Assembly (NCBI RefSeq): GCF_051201565.1
Contig: NZ_CP179200.1
Location: forward strand, 1,020,001 to 1,052,000
Direction of reading: 5' to 3'
DNA: 32,000 nt
Source of the DNA: Pseudothioglobus sp. nBUS_23
GTDB lineage: Bacteria; Pseudomonadota; Gammaproteobacteria; PS1; Pseudothioglobaceae
Shown here: piece after piece, positions 16,914 through 24,753 of the stretch
Position numbering within the stretch: the stretch's first letter is position 1
How the letters are laid out: each line of letters opens with the position of its first letter
The notes under the pieces: model-generated
What the model saw: only the letters and a program-made list of their open reading frames with translations
Database searches by the model: none
Told to the model about the DNA's origin: nothing
Translations under genes and position numbers: made by a program

Positions 16914-18182
16914 CTATTTACCCTTCCATGGAACGAGATAGTTTTCTGAAATTCTCATTAATATATCAATGGCATAGCCAATGACGCCAATTAAAACAAT
17001 TCCCATAATTACTAAGTCGGTCATTTGGAATTTAGATGCGTTAATAATCATCATTCCAGCTCCTTTTTGTGCAGCTACCAATTCTGCAGCAACAACTGTT
17101 CCCCAGCAAACTCCCATAGATACTCTTGCACCTGTAAAGATCTCTGGCAAACTATTTGGAACAATGACTAACCTCATAATCTGCCACTTTGATGCGCCGA
17201 GGGAGTAAGCGGCATGGATTTTTGAAATTTTCACACCTGAAACTCCTGCTCTGGCTGAAATCGTCATAATCCAGAGTGATGCTAAAAATAGCAAAATAAT
17301 CTTACCCTGCTCTCCAATTCCAAACCAAATAATAACTAGCGGAATGAGAGCTAAAGGTGGCACTGGCCTCATAAATTCAACTATAGGGTCAAACCAGCCC
17401 CTAAACCATCCAGATAAACCCATCGCATAGCCCAAAGGAATTCCAATAATTGCACCAGCTAAAAACCCAACAATTACTCGAATAAGGGACCAACCTAAGT
17501 GCTCCCATAGAGTAAAGTTTTTATACCCTTCAGAGCCAACCTTGACTAATCTAGACCAGACTGTTTCTGGTGCAGGAAGCCACACAGGCTGCATCTGCCA
17601 GCCTTTTTCTGGTGTGACACTCAACGTACCCTTTCTTGTCATATAAATACGAGCATTGTCAACAAACACCTCTTGTTCTGGAGATATTTCCTGTCCATTG
17701 ACAGCTACTACTTTATAGTCTTTATCTTTTCCACCTACATCGTTTTTTTGAACTTTAATAAGTCCACTTCTGTAGGTTATGATTTGATCAGTATCATTCA
17801 GCGCAAAACCGTCTCCTGGTTCAATTTCAAGCTTGTCAGGTATTACACCAGACTGAACATCATAGACCGTTATGGTTACATCGGCGTCATCTGTTTCACC
17901 AGAGGAATTCATTGCTGTATAGCTAAAAGAGAGATCGCCAACAAAAGGTCCAGGCACATGAATTGGGATTAATTTAGAGCCTGTGAATGCTGCCCATATA
18001 GCAAAGATAGCGATTACGGATATAAAAGATGCTGCTCTGTTAGGTGTGACAGCACTCTCATCTCCAAAAGTTACTGTTTTTAAACTTGTAAAATCATCTT
18101 GTGATTTGGTAAATGATGTAGCAATCTTAACAACATAGAAAGCTGCAACAAAAATTATTATATAAAAAATTAAAATAGCCAT
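16914..18182 (-). CDS. tauC: Taurine ABC transporter permease with a long N-terminal/periplasmic extension
   Basis: The C-terminal ~225 aa are collinear with E. coli TauC: LP.P..V, TLW.HL..SL.R, DPI.E..RPVPPLA..PL.IIWFGIGE, SLGAS, LPEI.TG.R and VAAEL.AA..G.G. The N-terminal ~200 aa have no counterpart in the 275-aa E. coli protein. The ATG shares one base with the tauB stop (TAATG). Confidence 0.85.
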   Translation of the reverse strand: MAILIFYIIIFVAAFYVVKIATSFTKSQDDFTSLKTVTFGDESAVTPNRAASFISVIAIFAIWAAFTGSKLIPIHVPGPFVGDLSFSYTAMNSSGETDDADVTITVYDVQSGVIPDKLEIEPGDGFALNDTDQIITYRSGLIKVQKNDVGGKDKDYKVVAVNGQEISPEQEVFVDNARIYMTRKGTLSVTPEKGWQMQPVWLPAPETVWSRLVKVGSEGYKNFTLWEHLGWSLIRVIVGFLAGAIIGIPLGYAMGLSGWFRGWFDPIVEFMRPVPPLALIPLVIIWFGIGEQGKIILLFLASLWIMTISARAGVSGVKISKIHAAYSLGASKWQIMRLVIVPNSLPEIFTGARVSMGVCWGTVVAAELVAAQKGAGMMIINASKFQMTDLVIMGIVLIGVIGYAIDILMRISENYLVPWKGK

Positions 18183-18985
18183 TAGTTTTCTTCCGCTCTA
18201 CCCATTATTTCTTCTTCCATTTCCCAAATAATTGAGAGAATTTCATCCCGAGTCTCAGTGTAGCCATCCGCCTTTTTAACATCCCTTAAATCCATGTTTA
18301 CTCCCATTTCAGCAAAAGGGAGTTGGTATTCTTTGTGGATTCTTCCTGGTCTTGGAGCTAGTACTAACAATCTTTCACCAAGAAGAACCGCCTCTTCAAC
18401 TGAGTGAGTAATTAAGATAATTGTTTTACCAGTCTCTTTCCATAGTTTTAAAACAAGGCCTTGCATTTTTTCACGTGTTAATGCATCTAATGCGCCTAAT
18501 GGTTCATCCATCAAGATTACATCAGGATCATTGGCCAGACACCTTGCTAGAGCAACTCTTTGTTGCATCCCTCCAGATAATTCATAAACCGCTTTATCTT
18601 CAAAATCAGCGAGTCCTACAATCTCTAAAAGATGCTTAACCTTTTCTTCTTGCTCTGACTTAGACATTCCCTTCATTCGGGGTCCAAAAGCAACGTTTGA
18701 GCGAACATTCATCCACTCAAAAAGAGCGCCCTGCTGAAAAACCATTCCACGCTCTGCGCCAGGCCCTTGAACAATCTCATCATTCAGAATAACCTTGCCT
18801 TCTGTAGGAGCTAGAAAGCCTGCTACGATATTAAGTAGTGTAGTTTTTCCACAGCCCGAGGGTCCAAGAACAGTAATTATTTGTCCTTCATCTATGTCAA
18901 GTGAAACGTCTTTTAGCGCTTGAACGGAAGATCCATTCTTTAAGTCAAAACGCATGGATATATTATTTATTGATAAACCTTTCAA
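18182..18985 (-). CDS. tauB: Taurine ABC transporter ATP-binding protein
   Basis: Walker A (GPSGCGKTT), the signature LSGGMQQRVALAR and Walker B (ILMDEP) are all present. The start is TTG at 18985, with a GGAG Shine-Dalgarno sequence 7 nt upstream. The first in-frame ATG would remove the conserved first beta-strand. Confidence 0.9.
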   Translation of the reverse strand: MKGLSINNISMRFDLKNGSSVQALKDVSLDIDEGQIITVLGPSGCGKTTLLNIVAGFLAPTEGKVILNDEIVQGPGAERGMVFQQGALFEWMNVRSNVAFGPRMKGMSKSEQEEKVKHLLEIVGLADFEDKAVYELSGGMQQRVALARCLANDPDVILMDEPLGALDALTREKMQGLVLKLWKETGKTIILITHSVEEAVLLGERLLVLAPRPGRIHKEYQLPFAEMGVNMDLRDVKKADGYTETRDEILSIIWEMEEEIMGRAEEN

Positions 18986-19011
18986 AACTGGCTCCGAATT
19001 TGTTTTTCATT

Positions 19012-19041
19012 AAAAAAGTGGCACACTTAAAAGTGCGCCAC
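19012..19041 (-). terminator. Intra-operon intrinsic terminator or attenuator between tauA and tauB
   Basis: On the minus-strand transcript, GUGGCGCAC, a UUUUAA loop and GUGUGCCAC form a 9-bp stem with one mismatch. UUUUUU follows immediately. The element lies in the 110-nt tauA-tauB spacer. Confidence 0.6.
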
Positions 19042-19095
19042 CTTTGGTCTAACTAATACTAAATTAAAGACTTAAATGTCGTTAATTTAAATACT

Positions 19096-20091
19096 TTATT
19101 GTGCAGCTAGTCCCTCTAAGCCATCAGTGTTGATAGCATTAGCATATGAACCACGAGCACTTGGGATGTTTCCACTGTTAACGAATACATCTGCTACACC
19201 TTTAAGGAATGCCGCACCTGATCCACCAAGCCAGTTACTACCTAGTTGGTTGCTAACTGAAGGGAATACAAATGTCGCCATTGTTTCAGCCGTAGCTTGC
19301 TCATCCATACCTGCATCTTTAGCAATATGAGGAAGCATTAGTGAAGTAAATCCACCAGAATTCCACATTGCATTTGAAGCAGCAGTAACACCTAAGAATG
19401 TTTGAAGAACTTCTGCATTCTCATCAGCAAAGCTTGCTGGAACTGATGTTACATCCCATACCAAGATACCTAGAGCTGTTTTTTCAGCACCTGTTAAAAG
19501 AACATTACCATGTTCTAGAGCACGACGAAGTGAACCACCCCAACCACAGAACATATCAATACTTCCTTGCGCTAATGCAGCAGCACCTTCCGGTGGAGCC
19601 ATATCAACAACTTGCATTGAGTCTACTGAAACACCAAAATGTTCCATCTGCTTTAAGAAGCCATAGTGCGCAGCTGTTCCGATTGGAACTGAAACTTTCT
19701 TGCCAGCTAATTCTGAAGCGTTGCTTGCATCAATTTCTAGGCCTGAAGCCACAACACAGTTGTCGTTATCAGCATAGCTCACAGCCACGTCAACAATTTG
19801 GATATCCTGACCAGTTGATGCCGCCACGATAAATGGAGGCACACCCTGGCTCACAGATATATGGATATCACCTGATGCCATAGCAGCTGACATTGCTGTA
19901 CCTGTTCCAAAAGCTTTCCAGTTGACTTTCATACCAAGAGCTTCATCATAAGCACCGATTTGTTTTGCGTACTCAAATGGCATTGGCCACTCTTCAAAAT
20001 AAGCCACATTCAACTCATCAAGAGCCATAACATTCACTGAAGCAATAGCACTTACTACTGTAGCTCCAATTTTTTTATAAATACTTTTCAT
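19096..20091 (-). CDS. tauA: Taurine ABC transporter periplasmic substrate-binding protein
   Basis: The 331-aa ORF has a signal peptide (MKSIYKKIGATVVSAIASVNVMA). It is collinear with E. coli TauA (W..F.(S/T)G......A.ASGD..I, PP..VAAS, GK...VP...(T/A)HY). A GGAG Shine-Dalgarno sequence is present. GC content and codon bias are visibly higher than in neighbouring genes, consistent with high expression. Confidence 0.88.
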   Translation of the reverse strand: MKSIYKKIGATVVSAIASVNVMALDELNVAYFEEWPMPFEYAKQIGAYDEALGMKVNWKAFGTGTAMSAAMASGDIHISVSQGVPPFIVAASTGQDIQIVDVAVSYADNDNCVVASGLEIDASNASELAGKKVSVPIGTAAHYGFLKQMEHFGVSVDSMQVVDMAPPEGAAALAQGSIDMFCGWGGSLRRALEHGNVLLTGAEKTALGILVWDVTSVPASFADENAEVLQTFLGVTAASNAMWNSGGFTSLMLPHIAKDAGMDEQATAETMATFVFPSVSNQLGSNWLGGSGAAFLKGVADVFVNSGNIPSARGSYANAINTDGLEGLAAQ

Positions 20092-20387
20092 TGTTTCTCC
20101 TAAAATAATATAAATATTTAACTTACCCTATTTTCAGCAAAAAAAGTAAGCCTGAGCTATAGAGTAAAAACTCATTTTTAGCTAACTAGATTTGAATGCT
20201 GAAATTAAATACTACCATGAAAAAAGATAAAATCAATAAAATTTTTAAAGATGTGTTTAATTTATTTTTGATTGAGATAAAAAAAGAACTATGGTGGCTG
20301 AAAGAGATTTATTAATTGTCTAATTTAAGCTGGAGCGCAACTTAAAAAAATAATTTCAGTTTGGTGGACTTTTATTAATTGATTATT

Positions 20388-20804
20388 CTACTTTGCAAAC
20401 TCTATAGATCTTAGGTCTGGAGCAATCTTGTCTAGTGAGGAGTTTATGAGCTTAAAAGAGCCCTCTGCGCCATAAAGTTTAGCTAGCTCTACTGCCTCAT
20501 TAATAACAACGCGATAAGGCACCTCAAGCTGAAACTTTAATTCATAAACGCCTAAGTATAAAATTGCCTTTTCTGTAGGACCTAATTCATCAACACCTCG
20601 ATCAAGGGATGGAACAATAATATCCTCAAGCGCAGCAATATTCTTAGGAATGTTTAGCAACAAATTTGAGAAAAAAGCTTTAGAAATTTTTCCTTCTTTT
20701 TGGTTTAAAAACTGCTGCTCAATCTTTTTGATATCTTCACCAGAAAGAAGCCATTGGTATATAGCCTGAACTACTCGTGCTCTTGAGCGCTGTTTAGGAG
20801 TCAC
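20388..20804 (-). CDS. nusB: Transcription antitermination factor NusB
   Basis: The 138-aa ORF contains [13 protein letters not shown] and [11 protein letters not shown].(Y/F)G. It overlaps ribH by 4 nt, in the classical ribH-nusB order. Confidence 0.95.
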   Translation of the reverse strand: MTPKQRSRARVVQAIYQWLLSGEDIKKIEQQFLNQKEGKISKAFFSNLLLNIPKNIAALEDIIVPSLDRGVDELGPTEKAILYLGVYELKFQLEVPYRVVINEAVELAKLYGAEGSFKLINSSLDKIAPDLRSIEFAK

Positions 20805-21259
20805 AGTTTATCTATCAAGCTAATCATTTGAATAGTACTTTCCGCAGCTTCAGCGCCTTTATTTTCTGAACTTCCTGAGCGCTCAATTGCTTGTTCAACG
20901 GTATCAACAGTTAATACGCCGAAAGCGATGGGTATTTCCGAATTTAGTGAAATCTGTGAAATTCCTTTTACACACTCTCCAGCAACGTACTCAAAATGTG
21001 GTGTTCCGCCTCGAATGACAGCCCCCAAAGCCACCACTCCATCAAATTTACAAGTGCCTACTACTTTTTTAAGTGCCAATGGAATTTCAAAAGCTCCTGG
21101 AACATAGAATATTTCAATGTCATCCTCTTTAGTGCCACTTTTTAGTAGGGCTTCTTTTGCTCCACTAATCAAATGCTCAACGACAAAGAAATTAAATTTG
21201 GCAGCGACAATTGCAATTTTTTTATCGTTAATCGTTAAATCTCCCTCAATAGCTTTCAA
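20801..21259 (-). CDS. ribH: 6,7-dimethyl-8-ribityllumazine synthase
   Basis: The 152-aa ORF contains [26 protein letters not shown] and FGVLT. Confidence 0.96.
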   Translation of the reverse strand: MKAIEGDLTINDKKIAIVAAKFNFFVVEHLISGAKEALLKSGTKEDDIEIFYVPGAFEIPLALKKVVGTCKFDGVVALGAVIRGGTPHFEYVAGECVKGISQISLNSEIPIAFGVLTVDTVEQAIERSGSSENKGAEAAESTIQMISLIDKL

Positions 21260-21264
21260 TTCAT

Positions 21265-22344
21265 TTACTCCTTAATGTTTACGTATTCAGTAATAGTTAT
21301 TCCAAAACCCTCTAGGCCTGGCCAGGTTCTTGGCTTTCCTAGAGACTTCATATTTGAAACACCTAAATCAGACAGAATTTGGGCGCCAATACCAAAAGTT
21401 TTATCGTCGTCACTGCTTCTATAGTCTTGATTATCAATATTTTCTAAAATAGCCTGATTGGACTGTTTTCTAAGCAACAAAAAAACACCATTATCAACCT
21501 CTGAAATCATATCTAAAGCACTGTTAATACTGAAACCTCTATGAACCTCTTGAAGAACATCTTTGAAGATGTTTTCCATATGAACCCTAACATAAGGCTC
21601 TGTTTTATGACTTATAGTTCCTTTAACAAGCGCAATATGAATATCATTATGGATAGTATCTAAATAAGAATAGAGATCGAAATCGCCGTACTTGGTTTTA
21701 AAAGGCCTCTGACTTATCCTCTCTACAGTTTTTTCATTTTCAACTCTGTAGTGAATTAAATCAGCAATATGGCCAACTTTAATGTCGTGTTTTTTACCAA
21801 ACTTGTATAAATCATCACTTCGAGCCATAGATCCATCATCATTTAGAATTTCAACTATGACTGAGGAGGCTTCAAAGCCAGCTAAACGAGCCAAATCACA
21901 TCCCGCCTCTGTATGTCCAGCACGTATTAAAACCCCGCCCTGTTGAGCCATTAAAGGAAAAACATGCCCGGGCTGAACAATATCAATGGGTTTTGCATCT
22001 TTTGCAACTGCATCGAGTATCGTCTTTGTCCGGTCAGCAGCTGAGATTCCAGTTGTTACTCCTGAGGCAGCCTCAATTGATACGGTAAAGTTTGTAGAAT
22101 GCAGGTCACTATTTTGCGACACCATGAGAGGAAGGTTCAATTGTTGACACCTTTGTTGAGTCAGAGTCAAGCAAATTAATCCTCGGCCATGCGTGGCCAT
22201 AAAATTAATATCTTCTTTTGTAACCTTTTCAGAGGCAATCAAAAGATCTCCCTCATTTTCACGGTTCTCATCATCCATAAGAATGATCATTTTTCCTTGC
22301 TTGTAGTCTTCTAATATTTCTTTAATTGATGCTTGCATATTCAT
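21265..22344 (-). CDS. ribB: 3,4-dihydroxy-2-butanone-4-phosphate synthase fused to a degenerate GTP-cyclohydrolase-II-like domain (RibBX type)
   Basis: The N-terminal DHBP synthase motifs are [18 protein letters not shown] and GHTEA. The C-terminal domain aligns with RibA, but the Zn-ligand cysteine region (E. coli VHSECLTGD...RCDCG) reads VHMENIFKD...VHRGFS, with no Cys. Confidence 0.88.
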   Translation of the reverse strand: MNMQASIKEILEDYKQGKMIILMDDENRENEGDLLIASEKVTKEDINFMATHGRGLICLTLTQQRCQQLNLPLMVSQNSDLHSTNFTVSIEAASGVTTGISAADRTKTILDAVAKDAKPIDIVQPGHVFPLMAQQGGVLIRAGHTEAGCDLARLAGFEASSVIVEILNDDGSMARSDDLYKFGKKHDIKVGHIADLIHYRVENEKTVERISQRPFKTKYGDFDLYSYLDTIHNDIHIALVKGTISHKTEPYVRVHMENIFKDVLQEVHRGFSINSALDMISEVDNGVFLLLRKQSNQAILENIDNQDYRSSDDDKTFGIGAQILSDLGVSNMKSLGKPRTWPGLEGFGITITEYVNIKE

Positions 22345-22944
22345 CTATTCTTCATTTTGACTCAAAAGCCTTTCAACATATCTTGCAATCTGATCAATCT
22401 CTATATTTACATTGGATTGAAGAGAGAGATCTCCAAGAGTCGTAGCTGAAAGCGTATGAGGAACTATATTAACATCAAAAAAGTTATTCTCGACGCTATT
22501 GACCGTTAGGCTTACACCATTAATACAGATTGATCCTTTCTTAGCAATATATTTTATGATGTCGCCTTGAACTTCTATCTTTATTCTTACACTATCGCCA
22601 TCTTTTTCGATAGAATTTACAGCACCAATTCCGTCTACATGGCCGCTCACCAGGTGACCATCAACGCCTTGGTTAACTCTGAGTGATCTTTCAAGGTTAA
22701 CGTTTTTTCCCTGCTTAAGAGCTGAAAAAGTTGTACAAGTTAGTGTTTCGTTAGAGACATCTGCTGTGAATGAGCTTTCTGTAAGCTCAGTTACAGTCAA
22801 ACAGACACCATCTACAGCAATGCTATCTCCAACTTTGGTGTCACTTAAGTCTAGGGCGTTAGTATTGATTTTCAAACGAGCACCATCACTAGAAGAGAAA
22901 ATCTCCTTGATGCTGCCTTTAGATTGAATAATTCCTGTAAACAT
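22345..22944 (-). CDS. ribE: Riboflavin synthase (alpha chain)
   Basis: The 199-aa ORF begins MFTGII, has the duplicated lumazine-binding repeat (G.S.AV.GVCLTV / GS.C..GVSLTV) and VNLE. It abuts ribB with no gap (TAG followed directly by ATG). Confidence 0.95.
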   Translation of the reverse strand: MFTGIIQSKGSIKEIFSSSDGARLKINTNALDLSDTKVGDSIAVDGVCLTVTELTESSFTADVSNETLTCTTFSALKQGKNVNLERSLRVNQGVDGHLVSGHVDGIGAVNSIEKDGDSVRIKIEVQGDIIKYIAKKGSICINGVSLTVNSVENNFFDVNIVPHTLSATTLGDLSLQSNVNIEIDQIARYVERLLSQNEE

Positions 22945-23051
22945 TTAACAAGTAACCTTATATTAAAAAACGCACTTAAATAATTTATTTATTTAACCAT
23001 CAAATGTTGCAATGAATTATTAATAGATTTCAAAAGGATATTTAATTAAAT

Positions 23052-24638
23052 TCACACTTGAGACAAAAGGTAATCTTCGTAATTTCCTGAATAATAGTGA
23101 GCGCCATCTTCCTTCAGCTCTATCACTTTCGTAGATAGTGATGATACAAACTCTCTGTCATGACTTACAAAAATGAGTGTTCCTTTGTAGTTGTCTAGAG
23201 CTAAATTCAAAGCTTCAATAGACTCCATATCGAGGTGATTTGTAGGCTCATCCATCAACAAAATATTAGGCTTCTGAAGCATCAATCTTCCAAAAATCAT
23301 CCTTCCTTTTTCCCCACCAGACAGTGATTTGACAGATTTTTTCACATCCTCTTTTCCGAAAAGCATTTTCCCTAAAACTGAACGCATCACTTGAACATCA
23401 TCTTTTTCATTTTTAAATTGAGTCATCCAATCTAAAACGCTCATATCTTTCTCAAACTCTTCATTATGATCCTGGGCATAGTAACCAATGTTAGAGTTTT
23501 CACTCCATTTTGTATTACCACTGTCAGCCTCAACTTCTCCAAATAGAGTTTTAAGTAAAGTGCTTTTCCCAATTCCGTTTTGTCCAATGATTGCAACCCT
23601 CTCACCTGTTTCAATCATTAAATTAATATCTTTTAGTACCTGCTCATCATCATAACTTTTAGAGAGCCCTTGCACCTCCAAAACATTTCTGAACAACTCC
23701 TTACTTTGATTAAAAATAATATAAGGGCTTACCCGTGAAGAAGGCTTAATATCATCTAGTTCAATTTTATTTAGCTGCTTTAAGCGTGATGTAGCCTGCT
23801 TTGACTTTGAAGCGTTTGCAGAGAATCTAGAGACAAAGTGCTTTAAATCTTTAATTTTTTCTTCCTTTTTGGCATTATCCGCTCTCATCCTCTCCTGGAT
23901 TGCAGTTGCCGCAATCATAAAGTCATCATAACTTCCTGGAAATACATTTAAAGCGCCGTAATCTAAATCCGCCATGTGCGTACAAACGCCATTCAAAAAA
24001 TGACGATCGTGTGAAATGATAACCATGGTTGACTTTCTGGCGCTAAGAACCTCCTCTAGCCACCTAATGGAGTTAATATCCAAGTTATTTGTAGGCTCAT
24101 CCAACAGAAGTATCTCTGGATCAGAAAACAGTGCTTGAGCCAACAACACTCGAAGCTTCCATCCAGGTGCAATCTCACTCATCAACCCATAATGCTGGTC
24201 TAATGGAATATCTAGGCCCAACAATAATTCTCCTGCTGAAGACTCAGCTGAGTAGCCGTCCATCTCAGCAAACTCCATCTCTAATTCTGCAACTTTAATA
24301 CCATCCTCTTCACTCATCTCAGGAAGCGCATAGATTCTGTCTCTTTCTTCTTTAATTTCCCAGAGTTTTTTGTGCCCCATGATGACCGTATCAACAACCC
24401 GATACTCTTCAAAAGCAAACTGATCCTGAGATAGCACTCCTAGCCTTTGACCCTCTCCCACTAGAACTGACCCGTGAGTAGGCTTTAATTCGCCTGTCAA
24501 AATTTTCATTAAGGTTGACTTTCCACATCCATTGGCTCCAATCAGACCATATCGATTACCGCTTTGAAACTTTACTGAAATATTTTCAAAGAGCGGTTTT
24601 TCACCAAATTGCATGGTGACGTTTGCAGTAGAAATCAT
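23052..24638 (-). CDS. ybiT: ABC-F family ATPase (YbiT type)
   Basis: The 528-aa ORF has two ABC cassettes and no transmembrane domain. It is near-collinear with E. coli YbiT as I recall it: [64 protein letters not shown] and NYEDYL. Confidence 0.9.
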   Translation of the reverse strand: MISTANVTMQFGEKPLFENISVKFQSGNRYGLIGANGCGKSTLMKILTGELKPTHGSVLVGEGQRLGVLSQDQFAFEEYRVVDTVIMGHKKLWEIKEERDRIYALPEMSEEDGIKVAELEMEFAEMDGYSAESSAGELLLGLDIPLDQHYGLMSEIAPGWKLRVLLAQALFSDPEILLLDEPTNNLDINSIRWLEEVLSARKSTMVIISHDRHFLNGVCTHMADLDYGALNVFPGSYDDFMIAATAIQERMRADNAKKEEKIKDLKHFVSRFSANASKSKQATSRLKQLNKIELDDIKPSSRVSPYIIFNQSKELFRNVLEVQGLSKSYDDEQVLKDINLMIETGERVAIIGQNGIGKSTLLKTLFGEVEADSGNTKWSENSNIGYYAQDHNEEFEKDMSVLDWMTQFKNEKDDVQVMRSVLGKMLFGKEDVKKSVKSLSGGEKGRMIFGRLMLQKPNILLMDEPTNHLDMESIEALNLALDNYKGTLIFVSHDREFVSSLSTKVIELKEDGAHYYSGNYEDYLLSQV

Positions 24639-24692
24639 GGTTCGTTTAAATTTATAAAATAAAATATTATCCCATAATGACTTATTGAAAGC

Positions 24693-24722
24693 TTGACTAT
24701 TAAGCTTATCGATATCTATAGA
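24693..24722 (+). promoter_or_regulatory. Candidate sigma70-type promoter for ftsW-murG
   Basis: TTGACT (24693-24698), an 18-nt spacer and TATAGA (24717-24722) lie about 30 nt upstream of the ftsW start. The call rests on sequence pattern alone. Confidence 0.25.
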
Positions 24723-24753
24723 AACTTTTCAAAAATAAAAGTATAAAATATAT

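Noticed and set aside
19398-19832. A 144-aa ORF antisense to tauA. The many other 60-99-aa track ORFs antisense to or out of frame with aceA, aceK, glcB, xsc, ald, tpa, tauR, tauE, the DMGDH-like gene, tauC, tauB, bioB, glnA, hemF and tsaC belong to the same class.
   Set aside because: These are shadow ORFs inside confidently identified genes. They have low-complexity or His/Gln/Leu-rich translations, no Shine-Dalgarno sequence and no recognisable family. The long one in tauA is explained by that gene's codon bias removing stops on the opposite strand.
20217-20315. A 32-codon plus-strand ORF (MKKDKINKIFKDVFNLFLIEIKKELWWLKEIY) in the nusB-tauA spacer.
   Set aside because: It has no Shine-Dalgarno sequence and a Lys/Ile/Phe composition typical of translated AT-rich non-coding DNA. 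It lies in a region that is more plausibly the tauA promoter and leader on the other strand.
22945-23051. I looked for an FMN (RFN) riboswitch upstream of ribE.
   Set aside because: The spacer is only 107 bp and almost pure A/T. It lacks the GC-rich conserved helices of the RFN element.
24689-24707. An AAGCTT-N7-AAGCTT repeat or hairpin in the ybiT/ftsW spacer.
   Set aside because: These are two copies of a self-complementary hexamer. Only a 6-bp AT-rich stem is possible, and it overlaps the candidate -35 box. It is probably a coincidence.
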